This document shows positions 29,208-37,475 of a stretch of DNA of 64,000 nt, in pieces; positions within the stretch are counted from its first letter, which is position 1, and each line of letters begins with the position of its first letter. A program made the position numbers and the translations under genes. The DNA lies in the IMG/VR virus record IMGVR_UViG_3300043466_002015, positions 1,462-65,461 of that record; one strand, 5' to 3'. The DNA comes from a virus. Taxonomy: Duplodnaviria; Caudoviricetes. A model generated the notes under the pieces. The model made no database searches. It saw only the letters and a program-made list of their open reading frames with translations, and was not told where the DNA came from.

Positions 29208-29591
29208 ATGCTTACGAACTTTCAAAGTGCGATCGACTTGGCCTCCAATGGTCGCAAACGGCTCCAGAAGACGAGCGAGACACGTTACGTGTATTTGAAC
29301 CGAGCTCGCCGCGCGTGCCACGATGCGATGGCTAGGCTTGCTGAATCGGGCGAATACACACACTGCCACAGAAGCTTCCTCATTCGCGACACGTTGCTAG
29401 TGGTCGAACAATGGTTTCCTGATCTCGGCACCTTCGGAGTTGAGAGCATTTATCAAGGCAGCAACCAGCGATCGCCAGCGATCGACTATTTGAACACAGG
29501 TGATGGCTACGAGCCGACCATCATGTACGTTCGGGGTCGGTTCCGCATCGGATGCTGGGCGGACATTGTCGAGCGCGGCAGCTACAACTAA
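29208..29591 (+). CDS. Early hypothetical protein
   Basis: ACAGGAGA RBS. Contains a YLNTGDGYEPTI segment. Confidence 0.7.
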   Translation: MLTNFQSAIDLASNGRKRLQKTSETRYVYLNRARRACHDAMARLAESGEYTHCHRSFLIRDTLLVVEQWFPDLGTFGVESIYQGSNQRSPAIDYLNTGDGYEPTIMYVRGRFRIGCWADIVERGSYN

Positions 29592-29617
29592 CACACAACA
29601 CACAGGAGATTTGGAAA

Positions 29618-30283
29618 ATGAGTCACGAAACGACACTTCATCCGTTTGAAGCCGCAGGACTGGGGCAAGCCCCCTTTCGGCTGCTCGCGATCCGCAAGAA
29701 TGTCTACTCCGCAGCACCCGGGCACAGCCAACCAGGAGGCTGCTGCTCGTATTGCTCTCAAGGCATCCTGTGGGAGTGCGTGATCAGATCTAGAGACGAT
29801 AAGACGTTTGTCGTTGGTCAAGATTGCGTGAGAAAGCTCGACAGAGGCGACAACAAGCTGGCAACCGCTGTTACGCGAGAACTCGCTCGCATCGCCAGGG
29901 AAGAGCGAGAAGCCGCGAGAGAGGCACGATGGCAAGCTCGGCGGGTCGCTCGCGAGGCGGAGCTAGATCGCCAACGTGAAGTCAACGGTGGATTGACGGA
30001 CAATGAGGTTGCGCAGCAGGCTCGCGAGAAGGCTGAGGATGAGGCTCGAAGAGTCTGGCGTGAGCGGAACTGGTGGCTGATATCGGTCCTTCAAGGGCAG
30101 TCCGGCGAGTTCTGCCGAGGTATGTGCGATACGTTGGAGCGCGGACCTGTCAGCGGGCTCTCGGAGAGGTGCCAATCGATCATGGCTGACGTCTACGCCA
30201 AGTCGTTCGGTCGCAGGGGGTCGAAGAAATACGATGCGGCAATCGACAAATTTACGGAAAGAGTCGAGTCGAGAGACCGTTGA
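29618..30283 (+). CDS. Early hypothetical protein, Cys-containing N-terminus plus coiled coil
   Basis: ACAGGAGA RBS. CSYC...VGQDC motifs. Confidence 0.7.
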   Translation: MSHETTLHPFEAAGLGQAPFRLLAIRKNVYSAAPGHSQPGGCCSYCSQGILWECVIRSRDDKTFVVGQDCVRKLDRGDNKLATAVTRELARIAREEREAAREARWQARRVAREAELDRQREVNGGLTDNEVAQQAREKAEDEARRVWRERNWWLISVLQGQSGEFCRGMCDTLERGPVSGLSERCQSIMADVYAKSFGRRGSKKYDAAIDKFTERVESRDR

Positions 30284-30351
30284 GGCTCGAGGGGGTTAGG
30301 TCGAGTGCGGCGAGCCTTTAGGCTCGCGTCCCCGCTGACACTGTGTCAGCA
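30281..30351 (+). repeat. 71-bp exact direct repeat, copy 1 (copy 2 at 33025-33095)
   Basis: The sequence is identical at both positions, and similarity continues through GGAGAGAGACGATGA. Confidence 0.9.
30285..30333 (+). ncRNA. Unassigned pseudoknot motif, copy 2
   Basis: GCTCGA-GGGGGTTAGG-TCGAGT-GCG-GCGAGCC-TTTA-GGCTCGC-GT-CCCC. Confidence 0.75.
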
Positions 30352-30383
30352 CAACCGTGAGACGTTGATTTTGGAGAGAGACG

Positions 30384-31211
30384 ATGAAAACGAAGACGAA
30401 GACGAAGACAAGAAAACAAATCAAGACTAAGGCGGAAATTGAACTGGCTAGGCGAATTAATTTCAGAGGACAGTACGTAGATTCGTTGCGATTGGCTGGC
30501 GAAAAGTATCTTAAGATTGCGGGCGGAGGCAGTTTGCTTGACGTGCAATCGATTCTGCAAGAAATAAATCGTCGTCACGCCGCTGCCGTGAAGTCTGACT
30601 GGGGAATGTCTCCGGCAAGTTACAAAAAGCTTCGAGACAAAGCGGCACAAATCCTTCGAGGCTTTACTACTGGTTATTCCATGGGAGAAGTGAAAAAACT
30701 TGTCATCGGCGAAAAACCGTTTCTGACGGTTGATAATACTCGAGAGTACGCCCGTAGTTCCAAGTACACAGCAACACACGGTGAACTGATTGTCACGATT
30801 TCGCTTGCCGAATTGCGTAAGATCGAGTGCGTAGAAGGTGTGTGGACTGTTCGCCTCGCAGGAGGGCAAGCCCAATGGTTGCGCGCCAAAGGGCTGAAAG
30901 GCAATTGTCGAATCGGTTGGGTGAAAGGATACCTTGTCGGATCCTCGCACGGCGCAACCCTCGATGAATGCCAACTGCTCGAGGCAGGAAAAGCAACTCG
31001 AGGCGACGATGGAAAGATCAAGCGATTTGACAGATTCATCGGCTTGCGAGACCGAGTTGCAGCAGGCGCATGCGAAGCTGGCGTTTTGGCATTCTGCGAG
31101 CGTCATGGGCTCAACCCCGACTTCGGCTATCGCATCGATTATCTACTCAGCCTCAAGGATGACCTCGCTGCATCGTACTTGAATCGAGTGGCTCGACTGC
31201 TCAAGCGATAG
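30384..31211 (+). CDS. Early hypothetical protein
   Basis: 275 aa with a GGAG RBS and a C-terminal GAC..G...FC motif. Confidence 0.7.
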   Translation: MKTKTKTKTRKQIKTKAEIELARRINFRGQYVDSLRLAGEKYLKIAGGGSLLDVQSILQEINRRHAAAVKSDWGMSPASYKKLRDKAAQILRGFTTGYSMGEVKKLVIGEKPFLTVDNTREYARSSKYTATHGELIVTISLAELRKIECVEGVWTVRLAGGQAQWLRAKGLKGNCRIGWVKGYLVGSSHGATLDECQLLEAGKATRGDDGKIKRFDRFIGLRDRVAAGACEAGVLAFCERHGLNPDFGYRIDYLLSLKDDLAASYLNRVARLLKR

Positions 31212-31335
31212 TACTTGGTTCTCCCGATAGTTTCCGCACTACTATCGGAAAGTCTCACAAAGTGCGGCGCGGTGCTCCCGATGCGTATTCGGGGGACTTT
31301 TCAACCGTGCCAATTACAATTCTCAGAAACCCTAA

Positions 31336-31364
31336 TTGACACGGTGTCGCGTTGACGATACATT
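31336..31364 (+). promoter_or_regulatory. Second sigma70-type early promoter
   Basis: TTGACA-17 nt-TACATT. Confidence 0.75.
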
Positions 31365-31409
31365 GGTAACTGCACTTCGCAGCACCAACAAAAACACACA
31401 GGAGAATTG

Positions 31410-31880
31410 ATGATGACTGACAATTTGTTTGAGACCGACCCCCGCAGTTTCGCGCTCAATTTGGCAGAAAACCAAGTGGTTTCCGCTGATCACCTGCTGC
31501 TCTGCGCGATCAAGTACATGAGTCATGACGATGTTCGCGACATGCTCGACGCAAATGGTCTCTCCCCAAGATTCGACGAAGAAGAGGTGTGCATCGATTG
31601 CGGTGGCGAAAACATCGAAGAGGGCACCTGCACCGACTGCGAGCGAGAAGATTGGTTGTCGAAACACGACGATGGTAATCACGACATCGATGCGATGAGG
31701 ATCGATATCTCCAATAACAACCTTGCAGTCGGCGACGACGACAGGGCTGGCGAATACGAGCACGCTGAAATTGTGAGAGCATCGGTCGAAAACGGACAGA
31801 TAACGCAAGCGCGAGAACAGGCTGAGCGGTACGGTTATTCGCAGGAATGGGTCCAAAGCCTCGTAGATTGCGAGGGCTGA
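31410..31880 (+). CDS. Early acidic hypothetical protein with a zinc ribbon
   Basis: ACAGGAGA RBS. CIDC...CTDC motifs. Asp/Glu-rich. Confidence 0.7.
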   Translation: MMTDNLFETDPRSFALNLAENQVVSADHLLLCAIKYMSHDDVRDMLDANGLSPRFDEEEVCIDCGGENIEEGTCTDCEREDWLSKHDDGNHDIDAMRIDISNNNLAVGDDDRAGEYEHAEIVRASVENGQITQAREQAERYGYSQEWVQSLVDCEG

Positions 31881-31882
31881 TA

Positions 31883-31929
31883 GCTTGGAGGGGTTAGGCC
31901 AAGCGCGGGAGTCCTCGGGCTCCGTCCCC
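31883..31929 (+). ncRNA. Unassigned pseudoknot motif, copy 3
   Basis: GCTTGG-AGGGGTTAGG-CCAAGC-GCG-GGAGTC-CTCG-GGCTCC-GT-CCCC. Confidence 0.75.
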
Positions 31930-31996
31930 AGATTGTGAATCATGGCACATCCTCCATGGTGGCAAGCCGAGCCGAAACGGCACAGGATTTAATACA

Positions 31997-32800
31997 ATGA
32001 AGACTGAACGACAATGGCAAGCAAGATTCCGAAACAGCATTGGTGGAATCCTCTTTTGTGGTGCGCGGAGACGAGGTCGAGGCAAGTGGCTAAGTGGTGA
32101 TGATGTGCCTCAAGAAGTCCGAGACTACCTACACCTAAAACTTGCTCAAGGTGCTGGTCGGCGATACTACCAACGCGACTGGAAGTCTTTAGAACTGATG
32201 AACGACGAATGTAGACCGGAATCGCATTTCTATCGGCAGTGGTTGGTGGTCGGTTTCAGAGTCAACGAGGAAGCCATCCGGCAGCCCGCAAAGATCGAAG
32301 TTGACCTCGGCAAACTTCGTGATGTGCTGCGGGGCATCAACGAAGGTCGCAACCTCGATAGTTGTTTTGACGTAGTGTCATTCGGCTGGAAAGATGCCGA
32401 TCTAGACCCATCTGGTTGCACTGGCATCAAGTCGCTGGACCGGATCGAAGGAAAACGGGTTGTCGTTACTGTTGGTGGACACAAGACGTTTTGTGACCCT
32501 TGCCAAGATGAAGACAGTGGTACTGAGATGTCCGACAGTGACTGGTGCGCACACAGCATCGTTTGCGAATGCGGAACATATTGCGAATGGACCGGAGATG
32601 ATTGGTGCGCTAGTTTCAGCGAGATAATCAAGGTGCCTGTCGTCCATAGCAAAGGCGTTGTGGACTACGACAAGACCTCTCGACGCATCATCAAAGCGGC
32701 AGAAAAGTGTATCGCTCCAATTGCCGACAACTGGGCCGACACCGACAAAAGCCTCGACGAACTGTACAACGAACTACACAAGGAAAGAGAAGTATCATGA
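31997..32800 (+). CDS. Early hypothetical protein
   Basis: ACAGGA RBS, 267 aa. Confidence 0.65.
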   Translation: MKTERQWQARFRNSIGGILFCGARRRGRGKWLSGDDVPQEVRDYLHLKLAQGAGRRYYQRDWKSLELMNDECRPESHFYRQWLVVGFRVNEEAIRQPAKIEVDLGKLRDVLRGINEGRNLDSCFDVVSFGWKDADLDPSGCTGIKSLDRIEGKRVVVTVGGHKTFCDPCQDEDSGTEMSDSDWCAHSIVCECGTYCEWTGDDWCASFSEIIKVPVVHSKGVVDYDKTSRRIIKAAEKCIAPIADNWADTDKSLDELYNELHKEREVS

Positions 32801-33009
32801 GCGCGAGTGAAAGATTAGGCGAGATCGCACGACGAGCCAAGGAGACGCAGGAAGCCATAGCGAATGCTGATGTTATGCAAGATATGCAAAGCGTTTCAGA
32901 AGTACTCCGACTGATCGCAATCATTCAAACACTGTCTGCCGATGTTCTGAATGAATTTGCAAGCTCAATCATTCCGTTGCCTATTTACGATTCGAGGATA
33001 GACCCATGA
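32797..33009 (+). CDS. Early hypothetical protein
   Basis: ATGA overlap with the upstream stop. Confidence 0.6.
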   Translation: MSASERLGEIARRAKETQEAIANADVMQDMQSVSEVLRLIAIIQTLSADVLNEFASSIIPLPIYDSRIDP

Positions 33010-33028
33010 AGGGTCGAAGACGAGTGAG

Positions 33029-33077
33029 GCTCGAGGGGGTTAGGTCGAGTGCGGCGAGCCTTTAGGCTCGCGTCCCC
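33029..33077 (+). ncRNA. Unassigned pseudoknot motif, copy 4
   Basis: Identical to copy 2. Confidence 0.75.
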
Positions 33078-33126
33078 GCTGACACTGTGTCAGCAAGCAG
33101 TGAGACGTTTGATCAGGAGAGAGACG

Positions 33127-33642
33127 ATGAGTACAGTGATCGAAGTAGTAACGCCAACCGACACAACCCACCACATTGAGTCCGCTACGGACAGAGCGAA
33201 GTTTCTGCGGCGCGTCTTGCGGGAGGATGGATGGACAATTTCTGCAAGATCTTCGGAGGATTGGCAGTTTGTCTTCAGGAGAACGATTAGGGGAAAACCA
33301 GGGGATCCAAATGTGGATGTTATCGTCCGCATCAAGGACAAATTTTCTTTGGTCGGCAAATGGGGAAATCAGAAGTCATTTCACGATTCCGATGAAGTGA
33401 TTGTACCGAAACCAACTCGCCTCTGGCTTGCTTACGGATCCCAACAAGCCGCAGTCAAGTTCCTGCTTGAAGGATGCCACTTCATCATCAGCGGGTCATC
33501 CGGCTCAACCAGCAGTAGTAAGCACGGGCTAGCATTCGTTTCATTGCAGGTGTTGAAAAAAGATGGATACGGTACTGTAGAAATCGGTGGAGGTTCCGTG
33601 TACGTCAATGGTCGCATGGTTTGTTGTGGATCGGTTGAGTAG
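33127..33642 (+). CDS. Early hypothetical protein
   Basis: CAGGAG RBS before ATG 33127. Confidence 0.7.
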   Translation: MSTVIEVVTPTDTTHHIESATDRAKFLRRVLREDGWTISARSSEDWQFVFRRTIRGKPGDPNVDVIVRIKDKFSLVGKWGNQKSFHDSDEVIVPKPTRLWLAYGSQQAAVKFLLEGCHFIISGSSGSTSSSKHGLAFVSLQVLKKDGYGTVEIGGGSVYVNGRMVCCGSVE

Positions 33643-33729
33643 TGACGTTTCGCGGGCATCGCTCACTGTCGCAAGGTCAGTGGGCGAGCCCCTGCAACGT
33701 CGCAGGATTGCTTCACACAGGAGATTAAT

Positions 33730-34068
33730 ATGAGCACGACGAGACTAGACGATTTTCGCACAGAGCATCTAAGTGGCGAGTCACTTGAGATCGCCAAGAT
33801 TGTAAGGCAAGTGATTGGAGAAGACGCTTTTGGTGGTGGATGCCGCGCGTTCTGGACACCTGAAGAATGGCGGGCTCGCAAAGAGGAGTATGGCACCGAT
33901 TCTCTGTTAATACTGGTGCATGACGGTGGCGACTTGGCGCCCTACTGCAACTGGGATTACGAGCAGTACTCGCTGAGCGACCAGCTTGACGAAGCGCTGA
34001 CAAAGGCTGGCTACTATTACGAGCAATGCACTTGCTGGTATTCAGCAGTTTATCGCTTGCCATCCTGA
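33730..34068 (+). CDS. Early hypothetical protein
   Basis: ACAGGAGA RBS. Confidence 0.7.
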   Translation: MSTTRLDDFRTEHLSGESLEIAKIVRQVIGEDAFGGGCRAFWTPEEWRARKEEYGTDSLLILVHDGGDLAPYCNWDYEQYSLSDQLDEALTKAGYYYEQCTCWYSAVYRLPS

Positions 34069-34154
34069 TCAGATTGCGCGCTCGAGGGGGTTTGCCCGGA
34101 CCCCTGAGAGTCTGCAATTTCGCAGTGTTGATTTAACCTTTGGAGATTTTAGCA

Positions 34155-34577
34155 ATGATCAATTCGATTTGTGTCAGTTTCATTCCAGATATTTTGCTCG
34201 ATTCTTTTCTTGACGAGGGCGACTTCCCTTTTTTTGCATTTCGGTGGGCTGCAAAATTCGAGGACTCTACGGCGATTTCTCGAGAGCGAATACGCATCGA
34301 GCAGACTTATGACTCTAAGTCTATTGACATCGGATTCGGCGATCACTCGTTTAAGTGCAACAAGACAATCTGGATCGATCTGCCAGCAAGTCTCAGTTAC
34401 GACGAAGCAAAAGAAATTGGTGAACGCGCATCTTCCTTTGTGAGGGGCTGGGTGCTTGGGAAACTGTCGACCATTCCAAACTGCGAATATTGCGGGAATC
34501 AATGCACCGACGACAACGGATGCGACGCGCACATCAGCGGTGGGGATTCTGCTGCCGCTTCCGTCGAATGTAAATAA
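34155..34577 (+). CDS. Early hypothetical protein
   Basis: GGAG RBS and a C-terminal Cys cluster. Confidence 0.6.
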   Translation: MINSICVSFIPDILLDSFLDEGDFPFFAFRWAAKFEDSTAISRERIRIEQTYDSKSIDIGFGDHSFKCNKTIWIDLPASLSYDEAKEIGERASSFVRGWVLGKLSTIPNCEYCGNQCTDDNGCDAHISGGDSAAASVECK

Positions 34578-34589
34578 AGGAGATTGATA

Positions 34590-35030
34590 ATGACCTTTGA
34601 AATTCTAAAAACGGTCACAGGGAAACGATTTGAAAGTCTAGGTACTTATCTGCTTCCGAGGCTGCACCTAGTGGTGAGCTATACGCGAGGCGGCGTTAGC
34701 GACATCACAGGCGAGCCATGTGAACGAGGTTACTGCATATCGGTGCAACACGATTGCTGGGCTGATGAGGGCTTTCGCTCGTTCATCGTCGACGGGAAAG
34801 GTGATCCTGTCGAAAGCCTGTTGCTATCTGACAGTTTTTCGAAAAAAACATTGGACAACCTAGTTTTGCAAGTCCGAAATGGAATCCATGATGCCATCGT
34901 GGCATCGCTGTACGCAGAGGCAATTGCATCGAGACCGCAATACGGTTGGGCAAGGAAGATCTTGCCATTGGAGGAGCCTGTCGCTGCGTCAGTGCGATTT
35001 GATGGCAACGTAACGGACGATTTTTTTTAA
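34590..35030 (+). CDS. Early hypothetical protein
   Basis: AAGGAG RBS. Confidence 0.65.
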   Translation: MTFEILKTVTGKRFESLGTYLLPRLHLVVSYTRGGVSDITGEPCERGYCISVQHDCWADEGFRSFIVDGKGDPVESLLLSDSFSKKTLDNLVLQVRNGIHDAIVASLYAEAIASRPQYGWARKILPLEEPVAASVRFDGNVTDDFF

Positions 35031-35047
35031 CCACAGGAGGTGTTGAC

Positions 35048-35185
35048 ATGGCAAGATGGATTTTGATATCAGTGGTGTGCTGCTGCGGTTGCGCAACACA
35101 CAAGGCGAAGATCGTAATTACCAGGGTCCATGGAGAACCCGCGATCAGTATTGAGATTGAAGAAAAGGAAAGTTGCCGTAAGTAA
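35048..35185 (+). CDS. Small putative lipoprotein (45 aa)
   Basis: Manually read MARWILISVVCCCGCATHK..., with an AGGAGG RBS and a lipobox-like GC. Confidence 0.5.
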   Translation: MARWILISVVCCCGCATHKAKIVITRVHGEPAISIEIEEKESCRK

Positions 35186-35199
35186 TCAGGAGACATGGA

Positions 35200-35379
35200 A
35201 TGTTGGTGTTAAGGCGAACAATTGGAGAATCGGTTATAATCGCGGGCAACGTGAAGATAACCGTAATTGAAGTCAAAGCTGGCAAGGTTAAACTCGCGAT
35301 TGATGCTCCTAGGGACATAACAATCGACCGCGAGGAAATCCAGTTGGCGAAGCTTAGGGAGGGATTGAAAGATGCGTAG
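35200..35379 (+). CDS. csrA: Carbon storage regulator CsrA/RsmA homolog (59 aa)
   Basis: Manually read MLVLRRTIGESVIIAGNVKITVIEVKAGKVKLAIDAPRDITIDREEI, which matches the CsrA signature. Too short for the ORF track. Confidence 0.92.
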   Translation: MLVLRRTIGESVIIAGNVKITVIEVKAGKVKLAIDAPRDITIDREEIQLAKLREGLKDA

Positions 35380-35839
35380 CGACATTCACATTCGGTGGTT
35401 GATTCGCAGGGATCTAGCTACTGTGCTCGATATTGAACACCAAAGCTTCGAGTTTCCTTGGCAAGAGAAAACATTCATCGATACGTTGCGTCAACGCAAT
35501 TGCATCGGTATGGTCGCTGAGTACGAAGGTGACGTGGCTGGCTTTATGGTCTACGAACTCCGTAGAACGAGTATCAGCCTGCTTTCCATTGCCGTGCATC
35601 CTGACTATCGGCGAATCGGAATCGGAACGGCTTTAATTGCAAAACTTTTAACGAAGCTTAATCACGTCCGCAGGAATCAAATTGATGTGCAGGTTCGCGA
35701 AACGAATCTTGGCGCGCAGTTATTCTTGCGTGATTCAGGATTCCGCGCCGTAGCAGTAGTGAGCAATTACTACGATGATTCGGATGAAGATGCATACCTG
35801 TTCAACTATGAAAAGGCATCGCAACAAGTCGTCTCGTAA
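35372..35839 (+). CDS. rimI: RimI-like GNAT N-acetyltransferase
   Basis: IE..SF.FPW, IAVHPDYRRIGIG, VRETN..AQ.F and YY.D..EDAY motifs. Confidence 0.85.
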   Translation: MRSDIHIRWLIRRDLATVLDIEHQSFEFPWQEKTFIDTLRQRNCIGMVAEYEGDVAGFMVYELRRTSISLLSIAVHPDYRRIGIGTALIAKLLTKLNHVRRNQIDVQVRETNLGAQLFLRDSGFRAVAVVSNYYDDSDEDAYLFNYEKASQQVVS

Positions 35840-35911
35840 CGAAAAGCATTTAATGACCAGACGCTGACATGTATCGTGCATGCCAGCGTCTTTATTTTGA
35901 CATGGCTACAG

Positions 35912-36214
35912 CTAGCGATTCCGGCAAGCTGGACCAACGCATCGAGGAGGTGCGACAGGCAATCTCGTCGAGTACCTCGTATATGTCACTCCTCGCGATC
36001 GATAGCTCACGGACTGCAATCCGTTGCTGCCGACTCCATACTGGTAGCTACCAATCTGCCGATAAACCGCTTGACTTCGGTCGCTGCATTGAACGAAGGT
36101 GTAGCCTCCAATTGTGCGAGTCACGCATTCTCCCGATGGAAGATCATCCTGCGAAAAAGCAGGACTTGCCAACAAGATCACCATCGCCACCAAAAAAACA
36201 AAACGTGCAGTCAT
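35912..36214 (-). CDS. Small exported hypothetical protein
   Basis: Signal-peptide-like N-terminus, AGGAG RBS, C-terminal CVGPAC. Confidence 0.6.
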   Translation of the reverse strand: MTARFVFLVAMVILLASPAFSQDDLPSGECVTRTIGGYTFVQCSDRSQAVYRQIGSYQYGVGSNGLQSVSYRSRGVTYTRYSTRLPVAPPRCVGPACRNR

Positions 36215-36254
36215 AATTGACTCCTAAAAGAAAACATACTTGGACACGCTTCCT

Positions 36255-36812
36255 TTATGCGTGCCTCTCCGATTTGCGATCCTGAGCAAACTGCATCAGA
36301 TCGCTCGGCTGAACGCGCCACATAGCACGCTTAGCCCCCTCAGGTCGCACATCGATAGCAGGCAACTCTCCGCTATCAATCCACGTCTGAACAGTCCTGC
36401 GGTTGACTCGCATCCGCAGTGCTATTTCTTCCACTTTGAGCAGTGTCGTTGGCATATATTTTACTACCTCGTCAATTTCGATTCGCTTCATCGCCCTCGG
36501 TGAAGTAAGCATTAAATACGCCTCAAGATCCCAGTCGTAAAGTCTACGCTCAGCTAGCAACGCCAGTTGCCTAGCCTCCGGCCACTCCTTGGCGGAACCA
36601 AGTTTTTCGTGACACCAACGGCACACAACCAGCAAAGCAAAAAGCTTGTCGAGGCTTTTCTGACGATGCACTCCTCTCGATATCTCATGCACATCCAGAG
36701 GAGCCGATGCGCGATCACAAATCTCGCATCTTCCCACCGACTCGCGGAGAGCATCTCGAATAGGCTTGCATTCAATAAACCTAGCCTTTGCCTTGCTGCT
36801 CATTCTCCGCAT
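36255..36812 (-). CDS. HNH-like domain fused to an excisionase-type HTH
   Basis: CEIC...HE...CRWCH motif, then LKVEEIA..MRVNRRTV..WI.SG.LPA. Confidence 0.7.
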   Translation of the reverse strand: MRRMSSKAKARFIECKPIRDALRESVGRCEICDRASAPLDVHEISRGVHRQKSLDKLFALLVVCRWCHEKLGSAKEWPEARQLALLAERRLYDWDLEAYLMLTSPRAMKRIEIDEVVKYMPTTLLKVEEIALRMRVNRRTVQTWIDSGELPAIDVRPEGAKRAMWRVQPSDLMQFAQDRKSERHA

Positions 36813-37048
36813 TAGAATGGCGTCCCGTCGTCAGGCTTCGACCTGTTGCTGTTTCCGCCTTCGCTTGCTTGCTTCGGCTTGAAGGACAGGCTCATGAATT
36901 TGCCGTTTTTGCCTTCCTTGATCCATGCAGATAGCCACATGCCTTCTCCGTTGATCATCGCGTCACCCTTGTAGTCAGGATGCTTCGCGTCCTCCTTTTT
37001 GTCATTCTTAAATAGACTTCCGCTGTTATCTCGTTGTTCGTACGCCAT
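36812..37048 (-). CDS. Small putative ssDNA-binding protein
   Basis: GSLFKN...HPDYKG...LSAW motif and an acidic PF C-terminus. Confidence 0.6.
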   Translation of the reverse strand: MAYEQRDNSGSLFKNDKKEDAKHPDYKGDAMINGEGMWLSAWIKEGKNGKFMSLSFKPKQASEGGNSNRSKPDDGTPF

Positions 37049-37050
37049 GA

Positions 37051-37434
37051 TTATTCCTCTTGCGAACTATGGGTTTTAGCATGGTGGCACTGCTCGCAAA
37101 GCACCACCAGACTCTCTTCCTCGCAAAGCAATCGCTCTACGAAACCCGCCAAGTCGCTAAACGAACGCAGCGATCCTGCGGGAATTGTGTGATCCACTTC
37201 CACGTTTTTCTGTGGGAACCATTTACGGCATTCCTTGCATTGGAACTCCCACTTCAGTCGTTTGTTTTCGCTTTGACTTTCTCTCCGTGCAGCCCGCAAC
37301 ACATTTCTGCGTGGAGCCCACTTGCGAGACATCAACCGAAGGTTAGATCGAATAAATCCCCAGAACTGAGCCTCGGTCATGGTGTTGCCCGCTCGAGTCC
37401 TCGGAACCCTTTGCTTTTTCGGTTGCTTCCGCAT
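37051..37434 (-). CDS. HNH endonuclease
   Basis: CKEC...VEVDH...LCEQCH..KT. Confidence 0.85.
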   Translation of the reverse strand: MRKQPKKQRVPRTRAGNTMTEAQFWGFIRSNLRLMSRKWAPRRNVLRAARRESQSENKRLKWEFQCKECRKWFPQKNVEVDHTIPAGSLRSFSDLAGFVERLLCEEESLVVLCEQCHHAKTHSSQEE

Positions 37435-37475
37435 CGTGAAGTCTCTCTATTACACGTTTGTATCTTGGAGCACCT

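Noticed and set aside
30295-30301. GTTAGGY within the pseudoknot motif as an attC R' site
   Set aside because: There is no upstream RYYYAAC or L-box inverted repeat, and copy 1 reads GTTAGGG.
30285-30333. Assignment of the motif to pistol or HDV/theta ribozymes
   Set aside because: TTAGG has no CCTAA partner as in pistol. P3/L3 and the catalytic C junction of HDV-like ribozymes are absent.
29129-33095. CRISPR array
   Set aside because: The repeats are separated by whole genes (about 1-1.6 kb), vary in their stems, and no cas genes are present.
34075-34119. Fifth intact pseudoknot motif
   Set aside because: Only the first 13 nt match and the rest forms a simple hairpin, so it is treated as a remnant.
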